From positions 32,760,997 to 32,824,996 of the forward strand of contig NC_068994.1 in the NCBI RefSeq assembly GCF_001194135.2: 64,000 nucleotides of DNA, given 5' to 3'. The notes beneath the pieces were generated by a model that was not told where the DNA came from, searched no databases, and saw only the letters and a program-made list of their open reading frames with translations. This DNA comes from Octopus bimaculoides (lineage: Eukaryota). Of this stretch, positions 11,740 to 23,253 are shown in pieces (position 1 is the stretch's first letter; the number at the start of each line of letters is the position of its first letter). Position numbers and translations under genes: made by a program.

Positions 11740-12265
11740 TATGTAGCAGCAACATCAATATAGAATTTAGGATTTCCAAATGCTTTGTGCTCAGTAAGAA
11801 AAGAAGGAAGAAAGTAGCCTGTAGTGGATTAAGGCTGCTATCAGGAGAAACCGTGGGGGCACCAGAAGATAGCGGATACAAGTATTTGGGGATTTTAGAA
11901 CTGGATGATATTATACATGCAGAAATAAAAGTAGAGGTGAGAGAGACATGTTTAAAAAAGTACATAAATTATTTTAAAATCCAGTCTGAATGGGAGAAAT
12001 CTAGTCATTGCAATGAATATCTGGGATGGGTTAAATATAGTGTGTCCATTCTCAAGTGGACTGAAGAAGAAATATCAAAAGTGGACAGAAAGATGAGTAA
12101 GTTAATGACATTGTATGGAGCTGTACACCCTAAAGCAAATATAAATAGTTTGTACACAAAGAGAAAGAATAGTGGTAGAGGTCTCATCAGTGTGGATTAT
12201 TGTATAAAGAGTAGGAAGAGAATACTTGCAGAATATTTGGTAAACAGAGAAAGCAAAAGGGTAAT
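11740..12265 (+). pseudogene. R4/Dong-clade non-LTR retrotransposon, RT C-terminal/thumb fragment
   Basis: GYKYLGILELDDIIHAEIK...KWTEEEISKVDRKMSKLMTLYGAVHPKANINSLYTKRKNSGRGLISVDYC matches the YKYLG / WT..EL..LDRK / GALHP..D.DRLY..RK.GGRGL pattern of R4-clade RTs. Frameshifted. Confidence 0.8.
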
Positions 12266-12269
12266 TACC

Positions 12270-12376
12270 ATCAATATCATCGTTTAACATCCGTCTTCCA
12301 TGCAGGCATGGGTTGGATGGCTTGATAGGTGCCAGCCAGGTAAAAGACTACCACAGGCTATTGGGTCTGTTTTGGG
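12270..12376 (-). mobile_element. Family C tail fragment interrupting the R4-like element
   Basis: catcgtttaacatccgtcttccatgcaggcatgggttggatgg. Confidence 0.65.
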
Positions 12377-12550
12377 CACAGATGACTGTAGAAATGATAC
12401 CAGTAGTGAACAAAGCATTAGGGTCAATTCCACTGAAACTTCAAGAATTCTTTCTTAAAGCAGTTGAGAATACCATGCAAGATTGGTGGTATACAAAAAT
12501 TAGTCCTGCTGGGTACTGTGCACATTTTAAGGAAAGTATTATTTGCCTGA
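12377..12550 (+). pseudogene. R4/Dong-clade C-terminus (end of restriction-like endonuclease domain)
   Basis: WAQMTVEMIPVVNKALGSIP, then after a frameshift GIQKLVLLGTVHILRKVL, matching the IP.V.GALG / QK..LLGT..ILRKVL terminus. Confidence 0.7.
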
Positions 12551-12609
12551 GAGCCTTGTTGTGACTTGACAGATGACTAAATACTCTGGTGCATTTTCCA
12601 TCTACACTG

Positions 12610-12985
12610 CAGTAGAATTTGAACTCAGAATATAAAGATGGGTAAAATGTTGCTAAGCATTTGGTCCAGCATGCTAATGATTCTGCCAGGGGGTAATGTA
12701 ATTGACTAGCCTCTTCTACAAAATTTCTGGCTTTGTGCTTATAGTAGAAAAGATTATAAAAGCAGTGAGCAGGCAAAATTGTTAGCACGCCAAGCAAAAT
12801 GCTTAGTAGCATTTTGCCTGTCTTCACATTCTGAGTTCAAATTCCACTGAGTTCAAATTTCCTGTTTGGGGTCGATAAAAAAGAAACAGTCAAGTACTGG
12901 GGTCCATGTAATCGATTTTCCACCTTCCCCCAAATTTCAGGCCTTATGTCTTTAGTAGAAAGGATTATTATTATTATTATTATCA
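12610..12985. mobile_element. SINE family A fragments (minus piece, then a plus copy ending in (ATT)n)
   Basis: gaatttgaactcagaa (minus), then agcagtgagcaggcaaaattgttagcacg...gtagaaaggattatta (plus). Confidence 0.75.
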
Positions 12986-13059
12986 AGGTATATTGACAGA
13001 ATTTGTAGAATTGCAGACAAAATACCTTGCAGTATCTAGCTCATTTTCTCTTCTTCATA

Positions 13060-13283
13060 AGTGTGGCTCTGTGGTCAAGAAGAATGCTTCTTAACCATGT
13101 GATCTTGGGTTCAATCTTACAGTGCAACAGCTTGGATAAGTGTCTACAATATCCTTGGGCTGATCAAAGCCTTCTGTGTTGATTTGGTAGGTGGAAAGTG
13201 AAAGAAACCCGTTGGTCGATTTCTTCGACTATAGGTGGTGCTCCAGCATGGCTACAGTCAAATTACTGAAACAAGTAAAAGAG

Positions 13284-13314
<31 letters not shown>

Positions 13315-13565
13315 ATGTTTGTGTATGTCCTAGTCTTGACATCATGTAATGTTTGTAATTGAGCATCACTGTCTTAGAAGCAATGTTGTCTGCTTCCAGT
13401 CTCCAGTGGAAACATGTCTAGCTGTCGAAAAATATTATCTTACTTGGAAACAGATGAGAGTTGGCAACAGGAATGGCATTTGGCCACAGAAAAATACACC
13501 TCAACAAATTCTGTCTGATCTATGCAAGACAAGAATGGAAAAGAGGATATTTAATGATGATAGAA
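13060..13565 (+). mobile_element. SINE B head joined to family F tail
   Basis: B-type head and 3' piece, (TG)n, then F module ending gatatttaatgatgatag. Confidence 0.6.
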
Positions 13566-14034
13566 TGATGAAAATGTTCAAATCCTACCAAAGCTGATTT
13601 TGTCTTCTCTCCATTCGAGGTCAATGAAATAACTACCAAGTCAGTTAATTGTGCAGCTATTTTAAAAAATCTTCATTAGTATTGTCATTATTATATCTAT
13701 TAATACGATTTTGATGTTATTTATTTCACTGTTGAACGAACGAAAAGAAAGTCGTGAGTGAAATTCTTTGAGAAAAATTTTGTGTTAAGTGATAGCGACG
13801 TAATGAAAACAGGAGCGGGGGTAGGAAAAGGGGAAAGAAAGGAAATAACGAGAAGAAAAGAAAATCTCCCCTACCTTATTCTTTATAAAAAGTAATGAGA
13901 AAAAAGAAGGCCAACAGTGCGAGAAGACTTCCTAATTATCTTTGTGCCCTCTTTATTAATAACAGCTTTGAACAAGACATTTTTTTTTTCTGTTTTGGTC
14001 CTATTGACATCAAACCACATCCCTTTATCTTCAC

Positions 14035-15074
14035 CTTCAACAACAAGAATAACAGCAATAACAACAGAACAATAACAACAACGCTACCACCACCGCCAAC
14101 TATATCAACAACCAGAATAACAACAATAGGAATAACAGCAATGATAACAAAAAATAACGGAAAACAGTGACAAAAAGAACTACGTTAACTGTAATGAAAA
14201 ACAACAACGGCAACAATAACAACAACAGTAACAGCAATCACAACCACAATAACAACAACAACAACAAAGACAATGACAACTTCTACTCCAATAACAACAA
14301 CATTAACAATGACCACAGAAACAAGAACAACTATATCGACTACACAACAGCAACAACCACAGCAATGTAATTACAGCAACTTTAACACCACCGCCGCTGC
14401 CGCCACAACCTTCACAACAACAACAACAACATAACAAAACATTAAAAGGACCACCACCTCCTTCTGCTTCCTCACCCCACCCCCTTCNNNNNNNNNNNNN
14501 NNNNNNNNNNNNNNNNNNNNNNNNNNNNNNNNNNNNNNNNNNNNNNNNNNNNNNNNNNNNNNNNNNNNNNNNNNNNNNNNNNNNNNNNNNNNNNNNNNNN
14601 NNNNNNNNNNNNNNNNNNNNNNNNNNNNNNNNNNNNNNNNNNNNNNNNNNNNNNNNNNNNNNNNNNNNNNNNNNNNNNNNNNNNNNNNNNNNNNNNNNNN
14701 NNNNNNNNNNNNNNNNNNNNNNNNNNNNNNNNNNNNNNNNNNNNNNNNNNNNNNNNNNNNNNNNNNNNNNNNNNNNNNNNNNNNNNNNNNNNNNNNNNNN
14801 NNNNNNNNNNNNNNNNNNNNNNNNNNNNNNNNNNNNNNNNNNNNNNNNNNNNNNNNNNNNNNNNNNNNNNNNNNNNNNNNNNNNNNNNNNNNNNNNNNNN
14901 NNNNNNNNNNNNNNNNNNNNNNNNNNNNNNNNNNNNNNNNNNNNNNNNNNNNNNNNNNNNNNNNNNNNNNNNNNNNNNNNNNNNNNNNNNNNNNNNNNNN
15001 NNNNNNNNNNNNNNNNNNNNNNNNNNNNNNNNNNNNNNNNNNNNNNNNNNNNNNNNNNNNNNNNNTTTATTCAT

Positions 15075-15106
<32 letters not shown>

Positions 15107-15208
15107 AAGAAACAAAAAAAATATGAAAAGAAAACAAAGCAAAAATGCAATGAGACATTATGAGTAATGAAATAGTGTGAGGAAGTTTCAATTAAAATTC
15201 AGTTCATC

Positions 15209-15253
<45 letters not shown>

Positions 15254-15503
15254 GATTATTATTACTATTATTATTATTATATTATTATTATTGTTACATC
15301 ATCATTATTAGTATTATATCATCATTATTCTTATTTCCATCTCTATCATTGTAATAAAAATAAAAAAGATAACAACAACAACAACGATAATAATACTGAT
15401 GATGATGATGATGATGATGATGTTGATAAGAATAATGATGATGGTGATGATTGATAATAATAATAATGATAATAATAAGATAATCATAATAATGATGATT
15501 ATG

Positions 15504-15564
<61 letters not shown>

Positions 15565-15570
15565 AATGTC
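14035..15570. repeat. Low-complexity (AAC)n, (ATTT)n, (ATT)n, (GAT)n and (AAT)n tracts around gap 14488-15065
   Basis: Directly visible. Confidence 0.9.
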
Positions 15571-15919
15571 AAGAAAACTAAAAAATACTACTGAAAGGGA
15601 AAAAAAATGTAGTGTTTGGGAGAGAATGGATTAAAAGATTTATGGATCTAAGGTGAAGAAGATAATCCTTTAAAAGTTTTCTCTAAAGTTTGTTTTGTCT
15701 TTTTGTTTGTGTCTTTTTTTTTTTATCGACATGTGTAAATGTGTATAAATCTGCATGGCAAGTTGTTTAATGCATTGCAATTGAATGTATAAAGGTGAGG
15801 TGTGGTGCATTTGTGGTGTTGCCATGAGCTTTGTTAGGGTGCACAAATATGTTTAATAACAAACATAGAATTCATTCAGTCTTGTTTCTCTATGAATTTA
15901 TGTTTGGTTTATTCAATAA

Positions 15920-16100
15920 GGTGTAGATATGTGGTAAGAAGCTTGCTTCCCAAACACATGATTCCGGATTCAGTTCCACTGTATGACACTTTGGGCAAAG
16001 TGTCTTCTACTATAGCATCAGGCTGACCAAAGCCTTGTAGAGTGGATTTGGTAGATAGAAACTGAAAGGCACAATTGAGTGTCTGTGTTTGAGTCTGTGT
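15920..16100 (+). mobile_element. SINE family B head
   Basis: gtggtaagaagcttgcttcccaa...ttgggcaaagtgtcttctactatagc...ggatttggtagatagaaactgaaag. Confidence 0.7.
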
Positions 16101-16189
16101 TTGCTAATATTTTTAGCAGGTTGAGAAACCAGATGGAAAGTTCCTCATACTATTATAAATATTGCTGTTATTGTCTCTGGGCTACATTG

Positions 16190-16575
16190 CCTTAAAATGT
16201 TCTTTCCTGAGTATGATGTAATACAAGGAAATTTAGCTGTTATTTCTAGCAGGTTTAGCGAACACATAGAGACTCTCTTCTTGTTGTCGTTTAACCCCAG
16301 GTCAGCTCTGATTAAGTAGCACTATGATTAAAGGTGTTGCAGTAGTGACCATTTTGACTTGTTTTTCTTAAGTCTATGTAAGACCCTAAATACTGTGTCC
16401 TTTCCTGAATAATGGGTCATTTGAGGAAATTTAGCTGCTATTTTTAGCAGGTCAAGAAACCACATAGAAACATCCTCACTGTCTTATAATCATCAATATT
16501 GATGTTACTGTTGTTGTTAAACCCCCAGAACAGTGCTGATTGAGCAGAACTTCAACCAAAGACTTTCAAACCATG
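16190..16575 (+). repeat. Unclassified dispersed repeat (my family G), about 2 tandem units
   Basis: atttagctgctatttctagcaggtc.ag...cacatagag plus ttgttgtt.aaccccaggtcag...ccatgacca. Also at about 35700-35790, 39070-39295 and (minus) 51290-51390. Confidence 0.5.
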
Positions 16576-17379
16576 ACCACCCTCTCCTATGTCCAAATCT
16601 GACGGCTGTCCACATAGTGGTCCCTGTGATACCGAATTTGTTGTAAGCTCCATGTTTTTACTTCTTCCCCAACTATACAAATTCATCATTTATTAGATAT
16701 TTCAGTGACACTGAAGACTGCATCTTAGGAAGAATCACATGCACCATGTTCCTGTCAATAATGTCAGCTAATTGCTCTCCAGAATATGAAGACATTGCAG
16801 ATGAAATCTCTTAACTACCACTTTCCCCCCTACCATACACACACAAGAGTCAACTAACTCTATGTGAACACTATCAATTATTTATGTATAATTCCATAAA
16901 GCAACAGAATTAATTTCTTCAGTATTCTTAATACTTTCTAAATTGCGAATGATATCCATGGGGTATCAGTTGAATAATGACAGTTACCACTGCATTAAGC
17001 AGATGTATGATAAATTTTGTTTCCTATACGATGCCAACATGCAGAGCTCTGATAAGTTTATCTGGTAACTGCAATTACAAATTCATACCTAAAGCTTTCA
17101 TGCAGTCTACTAGGTATTAACAATGGTACTACTCTCAGGTGAAAAATAATAAAGAATTACATGATTAGTCTTTTGATAAATATCAAGAATCTATAACAAT
17201 GGCTCATGAGAAACAAGTGACTCTTGAAGTTATTATGTGTGGCTCTCAAGATAATGCTAAGTTTCAATGCTATTTTTTCTAAAACTGAATGTCAGAGATA
17301 AGGGGGTGAACAAAACTTGGAAATTTATACTTAGAAATATACACTTAGAAATGTATATTTAGAAATATATACACATCCC

Positions 17380-18590
17380 CATCATTGTTTATACATCCAC
17401 TCCTTCATGCTTGCCTGGCAAAGACAGAGTTTATTAAGGTAAACTTTCTGCAGCTGGATTCCTTTCCTGTCACCAACCTTTACTTGTTTCCGTGCAAGAT
17501 AATATTTCCCCATGGCTGGGCGTGTTTTTGCAGAATATTGAAAATGAATAACATTTGTTTACAACAATCGCATGATGTGAAGACAAGGAGACATTATCAT
17601 CATTTAATGTCCATTTTCCATGCTGGCATAGGTTGGACAGTTTAATAGGAGCTGGCAAGTCCAGGAGCTGTACCAGGCTCCATTGTCTGTTTTGGCATGG
17701 TTTCTACTTTTGATGGGTGCCCTTTCTAATGCCAACTGCTTTACAGAGTGTACTGGGTGCTTTTTATGTAGTACAAGCACCAGTGCTTTTTACATGGCAC
17801 CATCACTAACAGAGTCAGCAGATACCTTGCAAGACAAAAATCCCTCAGCTGGGAGGTGGCAGTAGTATTGAGAAGGGGGTGACTTTATGCTCTTTGAGAG
17901 ATTAAAGGTATAAAGGGACAGAGATAAGTGTGTTGCAACAGAGTAGATACATGGATCCCCCAGTTGCAAAAGAAAGGAGGGTGAGTTAGAAAGTAAGATA
18001 AAGAGAGCAACTGAAGAGAGATGATGGTGAAGACAGGTGATTGGTGAAGACAGTAGACATGGAAGATAACAGGAAATGGAGGCAATCTGGGGTGGGGGAA
18101 GAAAGGAAACTGAGAAAGTCAGAGGATGTTGTATGTTCCTATTGTGGTTTTAGATGATAGAGAAGTGCTGGGTGTTAGGGGATGAAATGTGGGGAGAAAT
18201 AGCTTGTGGGGTAGAGAGGATGGAAGTTGGGGTGGGGCAGAGCCCCTCATGGACAAGCATTACGCAGGTGGTTTTAAGATATCAATTCTGCTGTAGTGTA
18301 TGGATCCTCTTGACTACAGCAAGATACCAAATATCTTGGTCCTTCATCATCTCCTATGCAAGGCTCAGTGTTTTGAGATTGGCTTTTGATACCGCATCTC
18401 ATGTCTTCCTGTGTCTGCCTCTTCAACACACAGCAAGCATCTTTCAGTTTCATTCTACTAAATCCATTCACAAGGTTTTGGTTGGCCTGGGGCTATAGTA
18501 GAAAACACATGTTGAATGTGCCACGTAAGGGGACTGAACCAAGAACCATGTGGTCAGGAAGCAAATTTCTTAATCCTACAGCCATTCTCA
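17380..18590 (-). mobile_element. Composite: SINE B head, RTE-like C-terminal segment, family C and F modules
   Basis: Minus 18290-18420 translates to GRHRKT*DAVSKANLKTLSLA*EMMKDQDIWYLAV, similar to the RTE-clade GRPRKTW...DL..L.L...M..DR..W terminus. B head at 18440-18590. Confidence 0.6.
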
Positions 18591-18859
18591 ATTAAATTCT
18601 TAAAAGAATATAAATGCTGCAGCTCTTGGGTGCTAAACTTAGTACAGGAGAGTACAACAATATATACTCAGTGTCTTAACAGAAATTTACCAAACCAAAA
18701 TAATTCTAAGAATATCCTCAAAGTAGAAAAGAAAAATTATTACAAAAAATACAGTAAAAAAAAATGAAAGATGGAAAGATCATATACTGCTACAGTTACA
18801 AAAAATAAATAAGTGGATTCAAAACAAAACTATAAACTCAAGGAATGAATGACCCTCTA

Positions 18860-19925
18860 CAGCATGTTTCTTAACCATATTTTGCCTATGGACACATTTG
18901 ATTCCTATTTTACTTTACTGGACCCCCATAGCCATTCAGCATTTTAAAGAATCCAATTATATTTTTATAATTAAATATTATAAGGAATTGTATAAAAGAA
19001 TTAAAATATTTTGTGTGCTGATGCATTTTGGAAGAAAGTTCATACTAAAACAGCCATACTCTCTTCCTTCAGGGGAACCACTCACGGCATCCAACAATAT
19101 CAGAGATCTGGGTGTAATTGTCGACAACAATCTCAATTGGAGTGCCCACATCAACAATAAGGTCAATATAGCTCGTAGGATGAGCTCCTGGATCTTAAGA
19201 ACCTTCCGGTCCAGAGAACAAGGTGCCATAACTCCGCTTTTCTCCTCCTTTCTACGGCTACACCTCGAATACTGCTGCCCCTTGTGGTCTCCCCATACAA
19301 AACGAAACATCTCGAGGATTGAATCACCCCAGAGGGCACTCACCAAATGAATTGAAGGCATGACTGATCTTGATTACTGGGACTGCCTTAAAGCCTTGAA
19401 GCTCTACTCGCTCCAGTACTACCATGAGCGGTACATCATTTGTACGATGTGGAAAATATACTGCCAGCATTGCCCAAACGACCTGAACATTAGTTTCAAG
19501 GTTCATCCAAGGCTGGGACCACGAGCCATACGTCCCCTGCCCAATTCAGGATCACAACATATAGGTACATTGCGGCATAATTTCTTTTCCTCAACAGGCC
19601 CTGCCCTGTTTGACATTGTCCCGAAACAGATAAAAAAGGAAACAGATCCTATCAGCTTTAAAAGGAGTCTAGACAGCTTTCTTCAAAGAGTACCAGACAA
19701 GCCACCCATACCTGGATACAACTCACTACTTGAATGGACCATAGACAAAACTTGACTGTAAAAAGGATTTAAATAATCCTATCAGGTGGCGCCATTAAGT
19801 TCGACATGGCCTGGACCAATCTTTGGTCGAAACATATCTAAGTTTTAACTAAGTTTTTATATCCAATTTATTGTATGTAAATTTTAACCGCAAAATCGTA
19901 TGTAGACTCCAGTTGAGAACCACTG
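18860..19925. mobile_element. hAT-like MITE copy 2, split by the CR1 insertion
   Basis: 18860-19020 and 19857-19925 join to reconstruct the 1816-2124 body. Right terminus gttgagaaccactg. Confidence 0.6.
19021..19856 (+). pseudogene. 5'-truncated CR1-group LINE (RT C-terminus plus 3' UTR)
   Basis: DLGVIVDNNLNWSAHI...ILRTFRSR...HLEYCCPLWSP...IESPQRALTK*IEGMTDLDYWDCLKALKLYSL...FKRSLDSFLQRVPDKP. One in-frame stop at 19348-19350, ORF stop at 19755. 3' stem gaccaa-tct-ttggtc and ctaagttt tail. Confidence 0.9.
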
Positions 19926-20088
19926 GTTTACATTCAACCTGCTAGAAATACCAATCAAATCTTTAAAGTTCACTCATTACTTATATTCATGGAAGACTGG
20001 AAGCAAAAAACACTGCTTAGATGATGGTGGAACTTGTTTACAACTCGCAAAGTCAAGACAAAAAGACTAAGACCCATGAAGCCAAGTG

Positions 20089-20640
20089 AAACCATAGTTG
20101 TGGCCAATGCTGGTGTCACATAACTGGCATCTGTGCTGGTGACATGTAAAAAGCACCCTTCAAATATTTGGCCTTATGGAGGCAATGACAAGTGACCGAG
20201 ACCTTTGGCGATATGCCTTGCTTGAAAAGACTTGTGAAATCAAGTGGAATCATAGTTATGGCTGATGCCAGTGTCAGATAACTGTCACTCATGCTGGTGG
20301 CATGTAAGGAGCCACCTTCAAATGTTGAGCTTCACAGAGGTAATGACAAGTGACTGACACCTTTGATGATACAAAATGCTTGGAAAGACCCATCAAACCA
20401 AGTGAAATTATAGTCATGGCTGATGCTAGTATCAGGCAAATGGCACCCATGCCAGCAGCATGTAAAATGCACCCATTACACTCTTGGGATGGTAGTGTTA
20501 GGAAGGGCATCCAGCCTTAGAAAACTATGCCAAATCAGACTGGAGTCTGGTGCAGCCTTCCAGCTTACCAGTTTCAGTCAAACCATCTAACCCATACCAG
20601 CATGGAAAGCAGACGCTAAATGATAATGGTGATGATGATG
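20089..20640 (+). mobile_element. Family C element with ~2.5 tandem ~150-bp units carrying RTE-like sequence
   Basis: Units start at about 20089, 20230 and 20388 (caagtgaaa.catag...tgacaagtgaccgagacctttgg). Ends ggaagggcatccagc...gcatggaaagcagacgctaaa(tga)n. Confidence 0.7.
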
Positions 20641-20641
20641 A

Positions 20642-20714
20642 CATTTGGAAGATATATAGTGCATTTGGAAGATATATAGTGCATTTGGAAGATATATATA
20701 TCTTCCAAATGCAC
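20642..20714. repeat. 20-bp tandem triplication ending in a perfect 36-bp palindrome
   Basis: catttggaagatatatagtg repeated; 20679-20714 gtgcatttggaagatata|tatatcttccaaatgcac. Confidence 0.95.
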
Positions 20715-20721
20715 ATACAAG

Positions 20722-20934
20722 ACTTTGGTTGGTCCAGGACAATACAAAAAGACACTTGCTTAAGATGCCACACAGTAGGACTGAACTTGAAACTATGTGG
20801 TTGCAAAATGAGCTTCTTAACCACACAGCCATTCCAGCACCTACCTTCTTAACCAAGATGTCACACAGTGAAACTGAACCCAAAATCACATGGTTGCAAA
20901 GCAAACTTCTTAATTACACAACTGAACCTGCATC
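20722..20934 (-). mobile_element. SINE family B with duplicated tRNA-like head
   Basis: Two successive gatg(c/t)cacacagt..actgaac...tggttgcaaa...cttcttaa segments. Confidence 0.7.
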
Positions 20935-21564
20935 CACGTCTATTTTGTGTCTCGTTTTTCACGTCACTCTAAACAGAAGAGCAGTAAAACACAAAAACCC
21001 TGCTTTCTATGCATAAATTATTCAATGAAGAATTTTCGTATAAATATTTTCTACAGACATATTTCTGTATATTGCTTATTATTGCTGTCTTGTTCAAATC
21101 AGCACACAGCACCATTTAAAGCACCAACATTTATTGCTTTTCTACATCACTTACAATAATAATTTTTCTTCCACTTTGTCCGAGCAGTTCTTATAGACCA
21201 CCAGTGGGAAAATACAAAAACAAACAGTTATACATATGTAAATATAATCACTATCCATTTGTTCCTCTCTGTACAATTACACAATGTTTATTCCCAATAC
21301 CATACCTTAAAGATTATCATACACAATAACATAGGTTTATAGTTTTATCTTTTATTGTGTGCCAAATTCATCCAACCACATATTCATATCTCACACACAT
21401 ACACACGCATACATATTGATATTTTGGTTAGGTATAGTGATATTAATAACATGGTGTTACAAATCAATATACATATGCTTCAGAATGAAGTGTCAGTTGA
21501 GTACAGAGCTGCAATAAGAAATTAGAATGACAAAGGAATAAACAATTATGTTACAAACTTTGTT

Positions 21565-21645
21565 AGCTTACAGTTGTTTCTCCTGTAAGATGCAATGCAC
21601 TCATAGGTGAATGCTTGAGTATCACCTTATAGCTTCATCAGAGCT
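21565..21645 (-). ncRNA. Hammerhead-like motif, family H2 copy 2
   Basis: Minus strand: agct CTGATGA a gctataag...cttacagg a GAAA c aact g TA agct. Homology to the 11442 copy extends about 75 nt further 3'. Confidence 0.55.
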
Positions 21646-21789
21646 TCGAACATGTTACACACACACACACACACACATATATATTTCAATACGGAGCAAA
21701 TAATTCACAAGAAAATATTTGCTAAGATATCATTGACTCTAATAATAATCAACTTGATCCCTCTTACAACCATTCTTTACCTTGTGGAA

Positions 21790-22091
21790 TCAATCTCTTG
21801 TGCAAGTGGCTGAGCAATCCACAGACACGTGTACCCTTAACGTAGTTCTTGGGGATATTCAGAGTGACAAGGCTGGCCCTTTGAATTACAGGTACAACAG
21901 AAACAGGAAGAAAGAGTGAGAGAAAGTTGTGGTGGAAGAGTACAGCAGGGTTCGCCACCATCCCCTGCTGGAGCCTCGTGGAGCTTTAGGTGTTTTCACT
22001 CAATAAACACTCACAACGTCCATTCTGGGAATCGAAACCGTGATCCTATGACCACGAGTCCGCTGCCCTAACCACTGGGCCATTGCGCCTC

Positions 22092-22092
<1 letters not shown>
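21790..22092 (-). mobile_element. tRNA-derived SINE family D
   Basis: Head ggaggcgcaatggcccagtggttagggcagcggactc...ggtttcgattccc (A and B boxes) continues into a non-tRNA body. CpG-rich, so probably young. Confidence 0.85.
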
Positions 22093-22129
<37 letters not shown>

Positions 22130-22564
22130 NNNNNNNNNNNNNNNNNNNNNNNNNNNNNNNNNNNNNNNNNNNNNNNNNNNNNNNNNNNNNNNNNNNNNNN
22201 NNNNNNNNNNNNNNNNNNNNNNNNNNNNNNNNNNNNNNNNNNNNNNNNNNNNNNNNNNNNNNNNNNNNNNNNNNNNNNNNNNNNNNNNNNNNNNNNNNNN
22301 NNNNNNNNNNNNNNNNNNNNNNNNNNNNNNNNNNNNNNNNNNNNNNNNNNNNNNNNNNNNNNNNNNNNNNNNNNNNNNNNNNNNNNNNNNNNNNNNNNNN
22401 NNNNNNNNNNNNNNNNNNNNNNNNNNNNNNNNNNNNNNNNNNNNNNNNNNNNNNNNNNNNNNNNNNNNNNNNNNNNNNNNNNNNNNNNNNNNNNNNNNNN
22501 NNNNNNNNNNNNNNNNNNNNNNNNNNNNNNNNNNNNNNNNNNNNNNNNNNNNNNNNNNNNNNNN

Positions 22565-22722
22565 CAAAAGACAAAGACAGGTGGTGTAGACAACAAACAA
22601 ATGTATTAGTATAACATTCGGGAAGTGAAAAAGTCTTTAATGTTTCGAGCCTACGCTCTTCCACAGAAAGGAACATAGAGAAAGAAACAAGGAGAGAAAA
22701 AAAAGAATGTGTAGTGGTTACC
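22565..22722 (-). mobile_element. Repeat family H3 with hammerhead-like motif at 22635-22670
   Basis: Minus strand: cttt CTGTGGA a gagc gtag gctc GAAA ca TT aaag. Homologous to 56062-56245. Confidence 0.6.
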
Positions 22723-22727
22723 GATCT

Positions 22728-22765
<38 letters not shown>

Positions 22766-23182
22766 CTTTGAACCATCTGTGTTATCATTGTTATTATTAT
22801 TAATTACTAATATTCACCACAGATAATATTAACAATGATGATATCTTTCTTCGAGTGTTTACATTCGAATTTTATTCATAAATATATTTCCACTGAAGTG
22901 AGCTGATTTTGGCACAAAACAAGTCAGAACGATGATGGATGTTCAATCTAATGAAGGTCAAGGTCAGCGGGCCAGAACCCAGAGTCATGATACATGAATA
23001 TCCGAATGACATAATCTTTAATGATATGTTTTTATTTGTTTAATTCTTTAACTGTTTGCTCACCTACTGTTGTCTCTGTCATATTTTGGTGATTTTGGTG
23101 GTAGATTTGGGATTCTGACTCCTATTTCTAAACAGGTTGATGCCTTGTGCATCCTTAAGCTTAGTGCTAATTTTTAATATTT

Positions 23183-23253
<71 letters not shown>

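Noticed and set aside
16700-16815. tttcag followed by DTEDCILGRITCTMFLSIMSANCSPEYEDIADEIS*
   Set aside because: Short, unrecognised, with no partner exon. It could be decayed transposon sequence.
18978-19361. 127-aa minus-strand ORF
   Set aside because: Antisense shadow of the CR1 RT.
22020-22092. tRNA gene-like sequence (also the heads of families A, B and E)
   Set aside because: A/B boxes continue into repeat bodies found in several copies and there is no complete cloverleaf or acceptor stem. These are SINE heads, not tRNA genes.
22955-22966. AGGTCAAGGTCA direct repeat (nuclear-receptor DR0-like) within a 21-codon ORF
   Set aside because: A single 12-mer and a tiny ORF are not supportable without conservation or binding data.
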